From NCBI RefSeq assembly GCF_902148845.1, contig NC_043762.1, forward strand, positions 29,026,760 through 29,090,759: 64,000 bases of DNA. Reading direction: 5' to 3'. Source of the stretch: Salarias fasciatus (taxonomy: Eukaryota). Under the pieces are notes generated by a model. The model was given only the letters and a program-made list of their open reading frames with translations. It was not told where the DNA came from and searched no databases. Made by a program: the position numbers and the translations under genes. Each line of letters opens with the position of its first letter. Position 1 is the stretch's first letter. Below, piece after piece: positions 34,501 to 45,386 of the stretch.

Positions 34501-36215
34501 GGTCATCCTGCCCTTCTGGAAACGTAAGGGTGATCGGCTTGTCTGCGGAAACCATAGAGGCCTGCTCTCCATCCCTGGCAATGTCTTCACCAGGATCTTG
34601 CTTAACCGTGCCCTTCCAGGGATCAGAAGCCGCCGCCATCCCCAGCAGGCTGGCTTTATGCCCAATCGCTCCACAATCGACCACATCTCTGCCGCACGTC
34701 TGCTGATAGAGAAGATCCGTGAATTCCGTAAAGACCGCCATCTGTATATCGGATTCATTCATCTGAAGGCCGCCTTCGACACCATCTGCCACTCCTCACT
34801 GTGGAACATCTTCCAAACCCTTGGAGCACCACCCAAGATCATTGCTCTGTTCGAGCTGCTCTACAGCAACGCAGAGAGCTGTGTCCGTATTAACGGTACT
34901 GACTCCAGCTGGTTTACCATCTCCAGTGGCGTTCTCCAGGGCTGTGTGGCTCCTGATCTTTTCAACTGCATCATCGACCATCTGATGTCCCAGGTCTGCG
35001 AGCGCATCCCCAGAGTGTCCTTCAGCAACTACCACCTGACTGACCTGGAATACGCTGACGATACCATCCTGCTCAGCACAACCTACAGTCAGCTGACAGA
35101 CGCTCTGGGCTTTATAGTGAGGAGGCAGCACAGCTCAGCCTCCAAGTGAGCTGGACTAAAACCAAGTTCATGTATGTCGGTGACGGACCAGATCCACCTC
35201 CCATGCAAATTGGGAGCGACATCGAAGAGCCTGTCAAGAACTTCATGTACCTGAGGTCCATGGTGACAGACAGCGGGGACCTAAAACCAGAGATTGATCG
35301 CAGACGAGCCCTGGCAGCATCTGGTCTGCAGTCCCTCTGGAAACCACGGTGGCGGCACCAGACCATCTCACCAAGACGGAGCTCCAGATTTACAAATGAG
35401 CCGTACTCTCCCTACTGCTTTATGGCTCAGAAACGTGGCCCCTGAACGACACTCTGGCCGCCAGAATCAATGGCTTCGATAGCAGGGCTCTGAGAACCAT
35501 GGAGAACATCAGGTGGGCAAGACACTTCACCCACCTTGCTTAAGTATAAAAGTAGTGTGAGAGGGAATGGTTGGTGGTGGTCGGAGGGGCCGATGGCGCA
35601 GATTGGCAGCCTCGCTTCCATCAGTCTACCCCAGGGCAGCTGTGACTACAATAGTAGCTTACCACCACCCAGTATGAAGAGAATGAATAATGCAATGTAA
35701 AGCGTCTTTGAGTGTCCAATAAAGCGCTATATAAAACCAATGCATTATCATTATTATAGGTGGCCCCAGCAAGTTTCCAATGAAGTGCTCAGAGCCCGCA
35801 CAGGCCAGCCCCGAGCATCTTCCCCGGTCTCACAACACCACACTCGCTGACTCGGCCATGTCCCCCGTCTACCCCCAGAACATCCGATGTGAGCCATTCT
35901 CCAGTTTGACCCGAAGGCCGCAGGCTGGAGACGACCTCGATGGAAAGCCCGCGCCCGATGGCTCGACGTCATTGTGGCCAACCTCCAACAACACGGAGTT
36001 GCTGTGGAGGATGCAGAGCAGCTGGCACAAGGCTGCCAGCACTGGAAAAATCTGGTTCATCTGGTAGGCTCAACGCACCAGGACGGGATACCCTGACCCT
36101 CGCTGGAGCACTAAGTAAGTAATTAGTAATGTAACATCCTGAATGTCCCCCCATTCTGAATCAATGTTTGTCACTCAAAATAAATAAATAAATAAATAAA
36201 TAAAACTACTGCAGA
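31560..36215 (+). mobile_element. Non-LTR retrotransposon (LINE) with APE endonuclease and RT. It is interrupted by about 1.2 kb of foreign sequence (33180-34420) and a roughly 230-bp insert (35530-35757), and ends in an (AAAT)n tail
   Basis: The APE domain lies in ORF 31876-32706(+) (GTVTWNVQTL ... LCEVRW ... VVVAHAPTNVADEDVKDVFFDQL ... NGNRLLLLCHHNSLCIADTWFP ... TRKALDHILISRCW). The RT domain is ORF 34424-35149(+) (AGFMPNRSTIDHI ... HLKAAFDTI ... LEYADDTILLS), with the C-terminal motif RWPQQVSNEVLRARTGQ. The tail is aaataaataaataaataaataaa at 36181. Confidence 0.85.
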
Positions 36216-36243
36216 GGTGGCTGAAAAGCATCACGGCACCAAC

Positions 36244-36336
36244 CCTGTCAAAGGAGGCAAAGTTCCTCAGGTCTTCACAGGCCAGGTGCAGGTAGAGAGG
36301 ACTCAAAGCCCCCTTCTTCATGATCAGCGTCTGGAG
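36244..36336 (-). CDS. tep1: TEP1 exon
   Basis: Acceptor accttttcag|CTCCAG and donor GACAGG|gttggt, which is weak. The peptide is LQTLIMKKGALSPLYLHLACEDLRNFASFDR, matching human MRLLLVKRESGRPLYLRLVTDHLRLFTLYEQ. The exon lies 28 bp beyond the LINE tail. Confidence 0.75.
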
Positions 36337-36423
36337 CTGAAAAGGTGAACCAGTACAAGTTTAACACAATAAAAAGCACAGACGTTACACAGATATGGTG
36401 CCTGCAGTAGAAAAGAAGAAAAC

Positions 36424-36603
36424 CTGGCTGTTGAACGCAGAGTCACTGAGTTTCTTCCCGAAGGCGTCCAGCTCCTTTTTAACGATTTCCCTGCGGTCCG
36501 GCACGGTGAGCGGTCCCAGGGAAAACAGGACTGTGCCTGTTTTCTTGACCAGCGTTTGTAACAGAGGCGCTTTGGAGGTCATGCTCACAACCAAACACAC
36601 ACC
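36424..36603 (-). CDS. tep1: TEP1 exon
   Basis: Acceptor gttcttcag|GGTGTG and donor CAGCCAG|gttttc. The peptide is GVCLVVSMTSKAPLLQTLVKKTGTVLFSLGPLTVPDRREIVKKELDAFGKKLSDSAFNSQ, matching human ...GAHVLALGPLEASARARLVREELALYGKRLEESPFNNQ. Confidence 0.8.
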
Positions 36604-36702
36604 CTGAAGAACAAAAGACAACCTGAGTGGCATAAACGTCTGATGACGAACAAAACACACTGTGAATTTAAGACTTACTCAACTCATTTGAGACATGTTC
36701 AC

Positions 36703-36901
36703 TTCGGTTATTTGATGTTCATGAGCATCAGTGATGAGTTGCAGATGCAATCCACTGACCTTTGGAAGCTTTGGAGGGAGCCAATCACAGCTCAGCTGAC
36801 CTCTGCCGTCTCTGATCAGGTCTACTCCGTCAATCAGCAGCACCAGAGGAGTTGTCATCGTCATGGTGGTCAAGGTGGAGTGAAACTCTGCCAGCAAGTC
36901 T
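36703..36901 (-). CDS. tep1: TEP1 exon (NACHT region)
   Basis: Acceptor tcgtctcag|AGACTT and donor ACCGAA|gtgaac. The peptide is DLLAEFHSTLTTMTMTTPLVLLIDGVDLIRDGRGQLSCDWLPPKLPKVSGLHLQLITDAHEHQITE, matching human HPGQTQVLIIDGADRLVDQNGQLISDWIPKKLPRCVHLVLSVSSDAG. Confidence 0.8.
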
Positions 36902-36979
36902 CTGAGACGAAAGAGAGAAAACTCATCACGTCAGCACAGAAGACGAAATGTGATGAAAAATCAGACGACAGTCACTTAC

Positions 36980-37167
36980 TTATACGAGCGAGGAAGAGGT
37001 GATTCCTCCTGTGTGTCTTTAATCTTTCTCAGCAACTGAACGAGGCACCCAACAAGGTTTTCCCCGGAGCGTGCCGACTGGCTGGCAGCCGTCGAGTAGG
37101 AGACGACTCGGCAGACGAGGTTTCTCCTGGACTTCTGTCCAGTCCGGAGGGCTTCTGCCAGACCAGC
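36980..37167 (-). CDS. tep1: TEP1 exon (NACHT)
   Basis: Acceptor ctcctacag|GCTGGT and donor CGTATAA|gtaagtg. The peptide is AGLAEALRTGQKSRRNLVCRVVSYSTAASQSARSGENLVGCLVQLLRKIKDTQEESPLPRSY, matching human ASLVSALQAPDGAKVAPLVFFHFSGARPDQGLALTLLRRLCTYLRGQL. Confidence 0.8.
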
Positions 37168-37284
37168 CTGTAGGAGAGTAAAGGTTTAGGCAGTGGTCAC
37201 TTTTAGCAGAAGTGACAGTGAACCTTTCTGAAGCCAAGTCGATCAATTTTCAATTTTTCATGTTTAATCTTCTGATAGATTTAC

Positions 37285-37473
37285 CATGAAGAGAGTTTTG
37301 CCCTCTCCAGCTCCTCCTTCCACCACCATCATGTGCCCCTTGGTCTGCAGCTGCTCCACCATCTCCACAGCAGCTGACAGCAGCTTGGACCTGCCAAAGA
37401 ACTGCCTCTGTAGCGCCCCCTGGTGGACCTCCTGCTCATAAACCTCTGCTGCCTCCTCACGCTCCTCAGACTC
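37285..37473 (-). CDS. tep1: TEP1 exon (NACHT P-loop)
   Basis: Acceptor tcatcatag|GAGTCT and donor TTCATG|gtaaatc. The peptide is ...RSKLLSAAVEMVEQLQTKGHMMVVEGGAGEGKTLFM, which includes a Walker A-like GEGKT. Human has RPRLLQDTVQQLMLPHGRLSLVTGQSGQGKTAFLA. Confidence 0.85.
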
Positions 37474-37679
37474 CTATGATGAACAAATGGCTCAGTGGAC
37501 TTTAAAGAGCTGTGATTAATTAAATACCAAACAATAGTTCATATTGCACTGTTCTTGACATTAACAACTGTTTGCCAATATTTGAGGCAGAAACTGGAAT
37601 AGAACAAAAAAAAAGCTAAATGGTATGACTTTTGATTATTTTGAAGGATTCTCATCAGTACATGTTCAGAGTGACTCAC

Positions 37680-37797
37680 ATCCACAAACAGCTTCTTGAC
37701 AGCCGTCCAAAGATCCTCCAGAACGGCTTTGCCAAACTCATCCAGTTTTGTCAGATGTGGTTTCCCGTCCACGACGCCTCCCCACTCACAGGAGTAA
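37680..37797 (-). CDS. tep1: TEP1 exon
   Basis: Acceptor tgatcacag|TTACTCC and donor GTGGAT|gtgagtc. The peptide is YSCEWGGVVDGKPHLTKLDEFGKAVLEDLWTAVKKLFVD, matching human [38 protein letters not shown]. Confidence 0.9.
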
Positions 37798-37955
37798 CTG
37801 TGATCAGCACACAAGACAATTCAGCAAAATGCTCCCATCATGCCGTCATGGTTCATTTTATAATGCAAGTTGTTCATTTATTCAAGTCGAAAATGTGATG
37901 CATTACAAAAACATGGCATTTGATTTTACAAATGGACATGACTGAAAAAACTCAC

Positions 37956-38069
37956 TTTTCAGTGACCTTCACATTGCTGTCTCTGAGTGCGTTCTTCAAA
38001 GTGGTCATTTTCTGCTCAGCATCGTTTGATTCAGGGGTAAAATGAGATCTCCAAGCAACAGGAACTGAT
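37956..38069 (-). CDS. tep1: TEP1 exon
   Basis: Acceptor ttttgccag|ATCAGT and donor TGAAAA|gtgagt. The peptide is SVPVAWRSHFTPESNDAEQKMTTLKNALRDSNVKVTE, matching human [36 protein letters not shown]. Confidence 0.85.
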
Positions 38070-38189
38070 CTGGCAAAACAGAACAAATACAGGATGGAGC
38101 GCTCAATATCAGTTCTTGTTATGTACTGAACTGTAACAGCAATAACTCAAGGAACTCAAACTACAAATAAACTCATTCAAAGTGCATAC

Positions 38190-38312
38190 TTGATGATTGC
38201 TGGGTCTCTGAAGTAGCAGAACATCCGCTCATGTGCAACACCCGGGTAGAGAGACTGGAACTGACGGATCTCCATCTCAGTGACGGACAACCCCTCCGGC
38301 GCCGTGGCCAGC
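38190..38312 (-). CDS. tep1: TEP1 exon
   Basis: Acceptor tgtgtccag|CTGGCC and donor ATCAA|gtatgc. The peptide is LATAPEGLSVTEMEIRQFQSLYPGVAHERMFCYFRDPAII, matching human [41 protein letters not shown]. Confidence 0.85.
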
Positions 38313-38439
38313 TGGACACAGAGAGAAAATTCAAGGAAACTCACTTGAATAAAACAATTTTATGTCAAATGAAAATGAAAACCACATGTCACTCAATTCA
38401 GAGACCTGATGAATACAATGGCTGTGCCTTATTTAGCTT

Positions 38440-39700
38440 CCCTTCAGCTCAAAGGGCTGGACTCCCCACTTCTCTGGTGTTGCCTATGGTCATAGGCGGA
38501 CTGGTCTGAGGTTGCTTATAGGCCCACAGCTCAGCTGCCATGTGTTGGAGTTCACCCCAGTGAACGAGAGGGTCACACTTCTGCGCCTTTGAGTCAGGGA
38601 TAGGTGTCTCGAGCTCACTGATACACATTGTCGACAGTAAGTCGCACCTGGTCCCAGGGCATGTGGACTCAGGGCTGACCTTTGTCACCGGTGCTGTCCA
38701 TAATTTTCATGGAATGAATTTCTAGGTGCAGCCAGGGACCGGAGGCGGTCCGTTTCAGTAAGCACAGGATTTCATCTCTGCTTTTTGCAGATGATGCTGT
38801 CCTGGACATACAGCATGCACTGGGATCCGTGGTTCTTGTGCTGGACCGTCCAACGGACTGTACTCAACATAGTCCTAAGCTTTACTTCTTATTGTCTCAT
38901 GCTAGCTGTTGCCAAAGCTGTCCGTCCCTGGGAGAGGGATCCCTCCATACTGCGGTTCTCCCCAAGATTTCTTCTTTTCCCACTGGGTTTTTGGAGTTTT
39001 TTTTTTTTTGCCGGATGTGAGGGTCTAAGGCGGTGGTTGCTTCGTTTTGTCTCGTTACTGTGAATTTGACATATTAACATTATGCTTATTCACTGTTTTT
39101 ATTTTTACCAACCAATGTAACATCTTGAAGCCTCTGAGGCAACTGTTGTTGTGATACTGGGCTATACAAAAAAATAAAATTGAAATTGAAATAAATTGAG
39201 TGGTTTGCAGCTGAGTGTGATGCGACGGGGATGGCATCTCCAAATCCAAGGCCATGGTCCTCGACCGAAAGAAGGTGGTCTGCCCTCTCCAGGTCAGCAG
39301 AGAGATCCTGCCTTTAGTGGAGGAGTTCGAGAATCTTGGGGTTTTGTTCATGAGTGGGTGACGGATGGAGTGTGACATTGACAGGCGGATTGGTGCAGCG
39401 GCTGCAGTGAGCCAGTTGCTGTATCGGTCCTGAGCCAAAAGGACAAGCTCTTGATTTACCAGTCAATCATCGCTGCTGCCCTCATGGATGGTCATAAGCT
39501 TTGGATCCTGACCGAAAAGACAAGATCCGGATACAAGCGGCTGAAATGAGCTTCCTTCGTGGTGTGACTTGTCACTCCCTCAGAGATAGGGTGAGGACTC
39601 CTCCACATTGAGAGGAGCCAACTTGGGTGGTTTGGACTTCTGTTTGAGATGCCTCCTGGACGCCTCCCTTGGGAGGTGTTCTCACCTCACTTTCTGAGTT
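38440..39700 (+). mobile_element. LINE fragment (RT portion, plus orientation) with internal rearrangement. It lies immediately next to TEP1 exon 39785-40076
   Basis: The RT YxDD box reads ISLLFADDAVL at about 38765-38800 (+). Further RT-like sequence lies at 39230-39600. The read-through ORF 39572-40123(-) simply continues past the exon donor into this repeat. Confidence 0.6.
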
Positions 39701-39784
39701 AAACTGACAGAATTTTAGATTTGGGTAGCAGTGGGGTTCGCACACAGCTAAACTTAATACTGCTCTAATTATTTTAAGTCTTAC

Positions 39785-40076
39785 CCAGCTGTACTGCGGC
39801 AGATCGGGAAGGGCAGGCCGATCGGGCACCTGGCCGTACCTCTCCCCCAGGATTCCCACCAGGATCTGGTTGCGGCACACCTCCGACAGGCACAGCTCGG
39901 TGGCCCGCTCCGACTCCTCCTCCGTCACACCCCAGCGCAGTTCCACCTCCTGCAGGTAAAGGCAGTGTGGTGCGGCACGGCGGCGAAGCTCTGGAAAGAC
40001 GCTCTGCACCAAGACGTCTCGCTCAGAGTGCATGTCCCTGAAGGTGGAGGAGATGAACACCCGCACACCTTTCCAC
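39785..40076 (-). CDS. tep1: TEP1 exon (start of NACHT ATPase domain)
   Basis: Acceptor ttggtttccag|GTGGAAAGG and donor CAGCTGG|gtaagac. The peptide is [97 protein letters not shown]. It matches human [96 protein letters not shown]. Confidence 0.95.
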
Positions 40077-40252
40077 CTGGAAACCAACAAATGAGCCCAG
40101 GTTACACAACCTGTGACCCACAATTAAGAAAAGTGTATCAATACATTGATGATGATCACTACTGCTGCACATGTGAGTCCTGAAGTCAGCCAGCTAACCA
40201 ACAAGATGGACACATCCTAAGTTTTGTATATCTTCTTTGAAGAAAGTATTAC

Positions 40253-40443
40253 CTCAGCTTTGGACTGGGTGGAATCATTGCAACATCCTTGGTGGTCGGA
40301 GCGCCTTTAGCGCCCTCTGCTGGTTTGATGTTGTGCAATCTGTCCAGATGCTCCACATGTTCCAGCAGCCTGGAGGATCCCCGCTCCGACACAAATCTGG
40401 TCACACAGTCAAACTCAATCCACTTTTGGCCAGCAAAAAACAT
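40253..40443 (-). CDS. tep1: TEP1 exon
   Basis: Donor GCTGAG|gtaatac. The peptide is MFFAGQKWIEFDCVTRFVSERGSSRLLEHVEHLDRLHNIKPAEGAKGAPTTKDVAMIPPSPKL, matching human TDAILKFIAEHGASHLLEHVGQMDKIFKIPPPPGKTGVQSLRP. The acceptor (ggttgag|ATG) is weak. Confidence 0.75.
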
Positions 40444-40586
40444 CTCAACCTCCCATATATGTACAACAGATTCCTGATGATGTTTCTGAAGTAGCCGTTA
40501 GCACTATGACAAAATAAACATTTAAAAAAAGTATTTCAACATATGATGAAAACAAAAGTAAAACTGATAAAATTTGTCCACTTTAC

Positions 40587-40652
40587 CTCAGGATTTGCTC
40601 ATTGAAACCAACCAGCCACACAGTGTTACCTCCAGGGTGAAGTTTGGAGAAG
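40587..40652 (-). CDS. tep1: TEP1 exon (TROVE/vWA region)
   Basis: Acceptor agacacag|CTTCTC and donor CCTGAG|gtaaagtgg. The peptide is FSKLHPGGNTVWLVGFNEQIL, matching human NSKCLFVGILLRRVQYL. Confidence 0.6.
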
Positions 40653-40735
40653 CTGTGTCTAGATATACAAACACGCATTGGGAGTAAATTTAAATCAGAA
40701 AGTAGATGAACAAATGCATTGTTTTATTTAATGTA

Positions 40736-40933
40736 TCAGGGGGGACCCAAAAGAAACCAGACTGTGGTTATAAAAAAAAAAAACAAGAATGATTTCAGAC
40801 TTTTGGCCGTTATATGTCGCTATAGCATAGCCTTAAGCATAACTGTGAAAAATTTCACCTCCCAAAGACACACAGGCAGCTCACAGGCAGTGTTTATGTT
40901 ATTACAGTCCGGTTTCTTTTGGGTCCCCCCTCG
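40736..40933. mobile_element. Mariner-derived MITE (about 200 bp), an internally deleted derivative of the mariner family found at 56911-57856
   Basis: TIRs: tcaggggggacccaaaagaaaccagactgtggttataa and ttattacagtccggtttcttttgggtcccccctcg. The internal sequence matches the 5' end of the mariner transposase ORF (SIALSITVKNFTSQRHTGSSQAVFMLLQS versus SIDLSITVKIFTSQRRTGSSHAVFMLLQS). Confidence 0.8.
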
Positions 40934-41037
40934 TTTCTGTAATCAAGCAAAGCAGTCATCACTGTATTTTTGATATTGCCGAGAATCACATCCAGGCAGA
41001 ACAACATATATGGTATGTAAGAAAAACAATACATTAC

Positions 41038-41159
41038 CTTGCTTCAAGGAAGATTTGCATGACCACGGCTTTCCTGTTCACATTGGCTCTGTAGCTGTTG
41101 ATTTCCCACTCAACTTCTTCAGTGAACCAGTTGTCAGTAAGCATGATGATGTTGTCCAC
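41038..41159 (-). CDS. tep1: TEP1 exon (TROVE/vWA)
   Basis: Acceptor cattatag|GTGGAC and donor GCAAG|gtaatg. The peptide is VDNIIMLTDNWFTEEVEWEINSYRANVNRKAVVMQIFLEA, matching human VDRVILLGQSMDDGMINVAKQLYWQRVNSK. Confidence 0.7.
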
Positions 41160-41552
41160 CTATAATGAATGATTTTAGGTTTTTAGTCTCTTGCAAATCA
41201 GCCCACAGAGTCCCAAAATAATACTATAGAAACTGGAGTACAAAAAAAAACTAAATAAAGTATTATCCACAGGTGATATTCCCTTAAATATAAACCAATA
41301 ATCCCTGCTACATGTCACTTCCTTCTGCTCTGAGTTCTGTTTATATTCTGCTTAGGTTGCATGCAAATACTCAGCTTCTATCAATAATGAATGTAGTCAA
41401 AATAGCCAGATCTGATCTCTGGTGCACTTGATTTGTACAAAACAAATAACAATCCTACAACTAATTCATGAGAAAGTTAAATTTGAAACTACTAGCTTAT
41501 GTCACCACAAGGGTAAAAAATTGCAAAAAGTCATAAAGACAAACAAATATAC

Positions 41553-41625
41553 CTTATTTTCCTTTGAGAACAGTCTGCTATAGAAGCTGGTGTTCTTAGA
41601 TTCGTAAGATGTCTCCTGGCATGTC
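41553..41625 (-). CDS. tep1: TEP1 exon
   Basis: Acceptor ctcatgttcag|ACATGC and donor AAATAAG|gtatat. The peptide is TCQETSYESKNTSFYSRLFSKENK, resembling human NDGWSLNTFGKYLLSLAGQR. Confidence 0.55.
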
Positions 41626-41740
41626 TGAACATGAGAAAGAACATTATCTATTACCAGCCAAATAAAGGAAATGCGTCACAGATGTTCAAACAAGTAAAAG
41701 GTCTCCATGTGAGTACATAAAGATAGACAAAGAGCCTGAC

Positions 41741-41894
41741 CTTCATTTGCTTGACCACAGTTCTCACGTTATCCAAAAGGACATCAGACTTCAGCTTGAT
41801 TTCTTCACAGTGACCGTGATCCACTAAGCAAAACTGACAATCTTCTGCACTGCTCCTGATCAACAGTGCAACCAAAGCAGCCACCTCCTCCCCC
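41741..41894 (-). CDS. tep1: TEP1 exon (TROVE)
   Basis: Acceptor ccctcacag|GGGGAGG and donor AATGAAG|gtcaggc. The peptide is GEEVAALVALLIRSSAEDCQFCLVDHGHCEEIKLKSDVLLDNVRTVVKQMK, matching human LNYALLLIGMMITRAEQVDVVLCGGDTLKTAVLKAEEGILKTAIKLQAQVQ. Confidence 0.85.
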
Positions 41895-41979
41895 TGTGAG
41901 GGTATAAGCATGAGGCAAGTTGAATTATTTTGTTGGTTTCGCTCTCATGAGACAAAAGAGAAGCAGCACAATCACTCAC

Positions 41980-42247
41980 CGAAGGCCCGAGCTTCTCAGT
42001 CTTTTCAACATTTTTCCGTCTGTCATCGTTATCGTCCTCATCATCCTTTTTGTCTTTTTGCTCTGGGTCTGGAGGGAGGCAGAAGTCTTGTTTTTTAAGC
42101 CAGCTCAGAAAACTATTTACTCTTGCGTAGAGAAGGATGACTGTCCGTCCAGGGAGCGGGGGCAGGTTGTAACGGCAGGAGATCTGAACCGCCGTCTCCA
42201 GAGCTTTGCGGTAACGGTCCAGCAGAGCCACGGTGAACACCTTCTCC
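41980..42247 (-). CDS. tep1: TEP1 exon (TROVE), which includes a D/K-rich insert
   Basis: Acceptor ctactcgcag|GGAGAAGG and donor GGCCTTCG|gtgagtg. The peptide is EKVFTVALLDRYRKALETAVQISCRYNLPPLPGRTVILLYARVNSFLSWLKKQDFCLPPDPEQKDKKDDEDDNDDRRKNVEKTEKLGPS, matching human EMLNRYRQALETAVNLSVKHSLPLLPGRTVLVYLTDANADRLCPKSNPQGPP. Confidence 0.9.
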
Positions 42248-42757
42248 CTGCGAGTAGACATATGGAGAGACCTCAAAAACCTTCGTCTAAAATGTATCAG
42301 TTATAAAACATACATTAGCCAATGAAACTGGCAGCTGCCTCTCAGGGTTGAATAACTCTTAGATCTTCGTGCCTCCAAGCTGTAATCGAAAATATGTAGA
42401 ATATTATCAAAGCTAGAAGATACAATCTCCCTTCCAACTTTAAAATGGGAAGCACTTTAATGGGGGCACTGGCTCATGCCGGGTGGGGGCCAGTTGTCCT
42501 AGGTAAGGTCATGGCCCTCTGACTGAGTGGGAGGGGTCGGCTCGTGGGCTCTTGGGGCCCTGGACCCTCTGCTCTGCCCACCCTGGGCATCTGGTGAACG
42601 GCAGGCTTGGTTACTTTCATGCCGAGGCAGGAAAGACCTCTTAGGCATTTAACCAGCTGCTCATTTTCCCACTGCAAATTAATATTAGTGCTGCTTTCAG
42701 GAAAAAAAAAAATAAAAAAAAAAAAAACATAAAATATTTTTAAAAAAGTCCACACAC

Positions 42758-42950
42758 CTTGCTTTCTTCAGCTGGGCCTTCTGTTGCTGGTACAGTCGAT
42801 AGATGAAAGGCACGCCAAGCGTCACCTTCAGCCTGCTTCTCCTCGTCTTCTCCCACTGCCGATGGCTGAAGTGACTGCTCTTGAGAACCTTCTTCAGGAT
42901 GCCCCGCAGGATCTTTGTAGTGCTCGCCGTTGCTGGCTGGGTTGCAGAGG
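42758..42950 (-). CDS. tep1: TEP1 exon (TROVE)
   Basis: Acceptor ttctttaag|CCTCTG and donor GCAAG|gtgtgtgg. The peptide is ASATQPATASTTKILRGILKKVLKSSHFSHRQWEKTRRSRLKVTLGVPFIYRLYQQQKAQLKKA, matching human NITLMRRILTRNEKNRPRRRFLCHLSRQQLRMAMRIPVLYEQLKREKLRVHKA. Confidence 0.85.
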
Positions 42951-43312
42951 CTTAAAGAATTGAGTGTTCAGTTGAGGTCGTTTGCTTACCATTTGTGGCT
43001 CGTACAGAGTCGACTTATTTGAGTAGGAAAACAGATTCTTTTGCATTTTTACTTGATTTTTTCGGTTGTCCTTACTTTTTAAAAGTTCAGGTATGACGTG
43101 TACTCAGAGCAAAAACTAAATTTGGTGGAGTTGATCACATGAAAGTGTTCCTTTAAAGCCTTGGAAAAAAAAGTGAATGAATCAGCTTCATCATCAGTTT
43201 TATCTGGTTCAGTTTCAGTCAAGCTGCTGCTAGTTTCCTGCATGATGGTGTAGCCGTATGCAGGTTTCAGGTCGTGGACTTCCTCTTACACCCCAAAAAC
43301 AAGACTTTTTAG

Positions 43313-44346
43313 TAGGGATGCACGATATTATCGGCACAATATCGGTGTCGGCGATATCGGCGATAAAAACACGTTTATCGGTATCTGCAGATATGAAAAT
43401 TTCTGCCGATATTCACAGCCGATAAGGTGACACAGTAATTGGGCACGTGCGGTGACATCCATAGTGTGCCCAAAAAAAAAAAAAATTTTTAATTGAAATG
43501 GTTTTGTTCTTCATCCTCATTCCTTATACTGAAATGGACTGGCATTTTAGGGTTGAGCTAGCTAGATAAAATTTTTGCACTGCTTGTTTTTTGTTAAAGC
43601 ACTTTGTTAGTATTATTTCAAGGAAGCACCCTGCAAGTCGGCTGTTCAGTTAGGATTATTATTGTTTTCCATCTGAAAAAGCTCCTTAGATAAAATGTAG
43701 CACTTCATTTATTTGCACTGCAGAGCTCTGTGTCTGTCACCAGGTTGTTACAGTAGCTCTACAGTCAAATGCAACTTGGTTATGTTTAAATTAGTACTGT
43801 CAGTTTTAATCGCATTGATCACAATTTAATCGCATTGATCGCAATTAATCGTGATTAATTCATGGAGAACTGTCAACAATTAACTTTTTTAAAGTTGAGA
43901 TCAATTGCAATGAAGAATCTAATCCTCATAAATCAGTTCCAATGTCAGGAAAAAACACTATTATCCTCTAGTTCTTTTCTTTGACCCAATTGGCAGACCT
44001 CAATGGATTAATCGCGATTAAAATTGACAGCACTACTTTAAATATGCATTGCACATTTAAAGTTCATGTGAGCTAAAGAAATTATTTTTCTGTATTTCAA
44101 CAGAGTTTGAAAAAAAAATACATTTCTTATTTCTGGTAAAATCAAATGTTTTTTGTCTTGTTTTATGTGTGTTTCTTAAACAAAAAAGATTGTCACAATA
44201 AGAGTAACATGTAAATTCCAGTACAGGGGAGACTTGGCTTTCTTTACAGTGAAAAAAAAACCTTGTGATTATGGGTATCGGTCAAAAGGGGTTTCGATAT
44301 ATCGGCATATCGGATATCGGCAAAAATCCAATATCGTGCATCCCTA
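43313..44346. mobile_element. hAT non-autonomous element (about 1.03 kb) with TIR tagggatgcacgatat and an 8-bp TSD ctttttag
   Basis: The left end reads ga[ctttttag]tagggatgcacgatattatcggcac and the right end gatatcgtgcatcccta[ctttttag]agatc. There are internal short repeats (aatcgcattgatc ...). Confidence 0.85.
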
Positions 44347-44559
44347 CTTTTTAGAGATCTTGAACTGCCCACAGGTTGGAACGAATGTGTGTGTGATTGT
44401 TTCTGTCCTGTGATGGATTGCAAATTGGACAGGGTGTAAGCTTTGAGCCTTTGCTCAACATTAGCCGTGATCACCTCATGACTTTGACTTGGATAAAGCA
44501 GAACAGTAGATAAATAAGTTGATGGTGCAGTCACAGACGTCACACTCAAAAGGCCCCAT

Positions 44560-45250
44560 TATACAATTTGTTGTTAAAGGGACACGTCAACATTTTGGCA
44601 AATTGGCCCATTTAGTGCAATTCCTGAGTCATTTCGAACAGCATACTTACTTTTTTTGTGAGGACGAGATGTTTTTTATTCAGAGGTGAGTCGGGGAAGG
44701 TTTTCAGGACGGACACAATGGAAGTGAATGGTATTTTTGGTTCCCCTCGTCAAACTCATCAAATACACAATCCAACAACCCCAAAACACTTTGGTGGACA
44801 CGTTATAATCCGCACATTCACTACGCTGTGGAACACCAACAAATAATATTGTAGCGTTACGACACTGAAGCAAATACTGGGAACTACTTTTTCTTTTGAA
44901 ATCACTACGCCCAGACGCCATGTTTAGTAAGTAGTTCCGTCTTAGCAATCTTCGTATAAACAACTCAATCTCGTAATTGTGCATTAATATTTCACAGCGT
45001 AGTGAATGTGCGGATTATAACGTGTCCACCAAAGTGTTTTCGGGTTGTTGGATTTTGTATTTGATGAGTTTGACGAGGGGAACCAAAAATACCATTCACT
45101 TCCATTGTGTCCGTCCCGAAAACCTTCCCCGACTCACCTCTGAATAAACAACAGCTCGCCCTCACAAAAAAAGTAAGTATGCTGTTTGAAATGACTAAGG
45201 AATTGCGCTAAATGGGCCAATTTGCCAAACTCCAAAAGTTAGGAATGCAA
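44560..45250. mobile_element. Foldback/palindromic MITE of about 690 bp
   Basis: 44580-44830 is the reverse complement of 44990-45200, for example gaacagcatacttactttttttgtgagg ... cagcgtagtgaatgtgcggattataacgtgtcc. ORFs 44658-44846(+) and 44676-44984(-) mirror each other. Confidence 0.75.
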
Positions 45251-45307
45251 AATTTCTTGATGCAAGTGTGAACTGGACAACTATTGTTGACACTTGATGT
45301 ATCTCAC

Positions 45308-45386
45308 CAACTGGGAGAAGCTCCAACATGACTTTATAGGCAGCCAGGAATCTGAAAGGAAACTGACGGCTCTCCATGACTGCTTT
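45308..45386 (-). CDS. tep1: TEP1 exon (TROVE)
   Basis: Acceptor cctttttcag|AAAGCAG and donor CCAGTTG|gtgagat. The peptide is KAVMESRQFPFRFLAAYKVMLELLPV, matching human HAKSVIHSRQFPFRFLNAHDAIDALEAQL. Confidence 0.85.

Noticed and set aside
39572-40123. I considered whether the 183-aa ORF was a single long exon.
   Set aside because: Only 39785-40076 is exon. The ORF continues through the donor (CAGCTGG|gtaagac) into an adjacent LINE fragment by chance.
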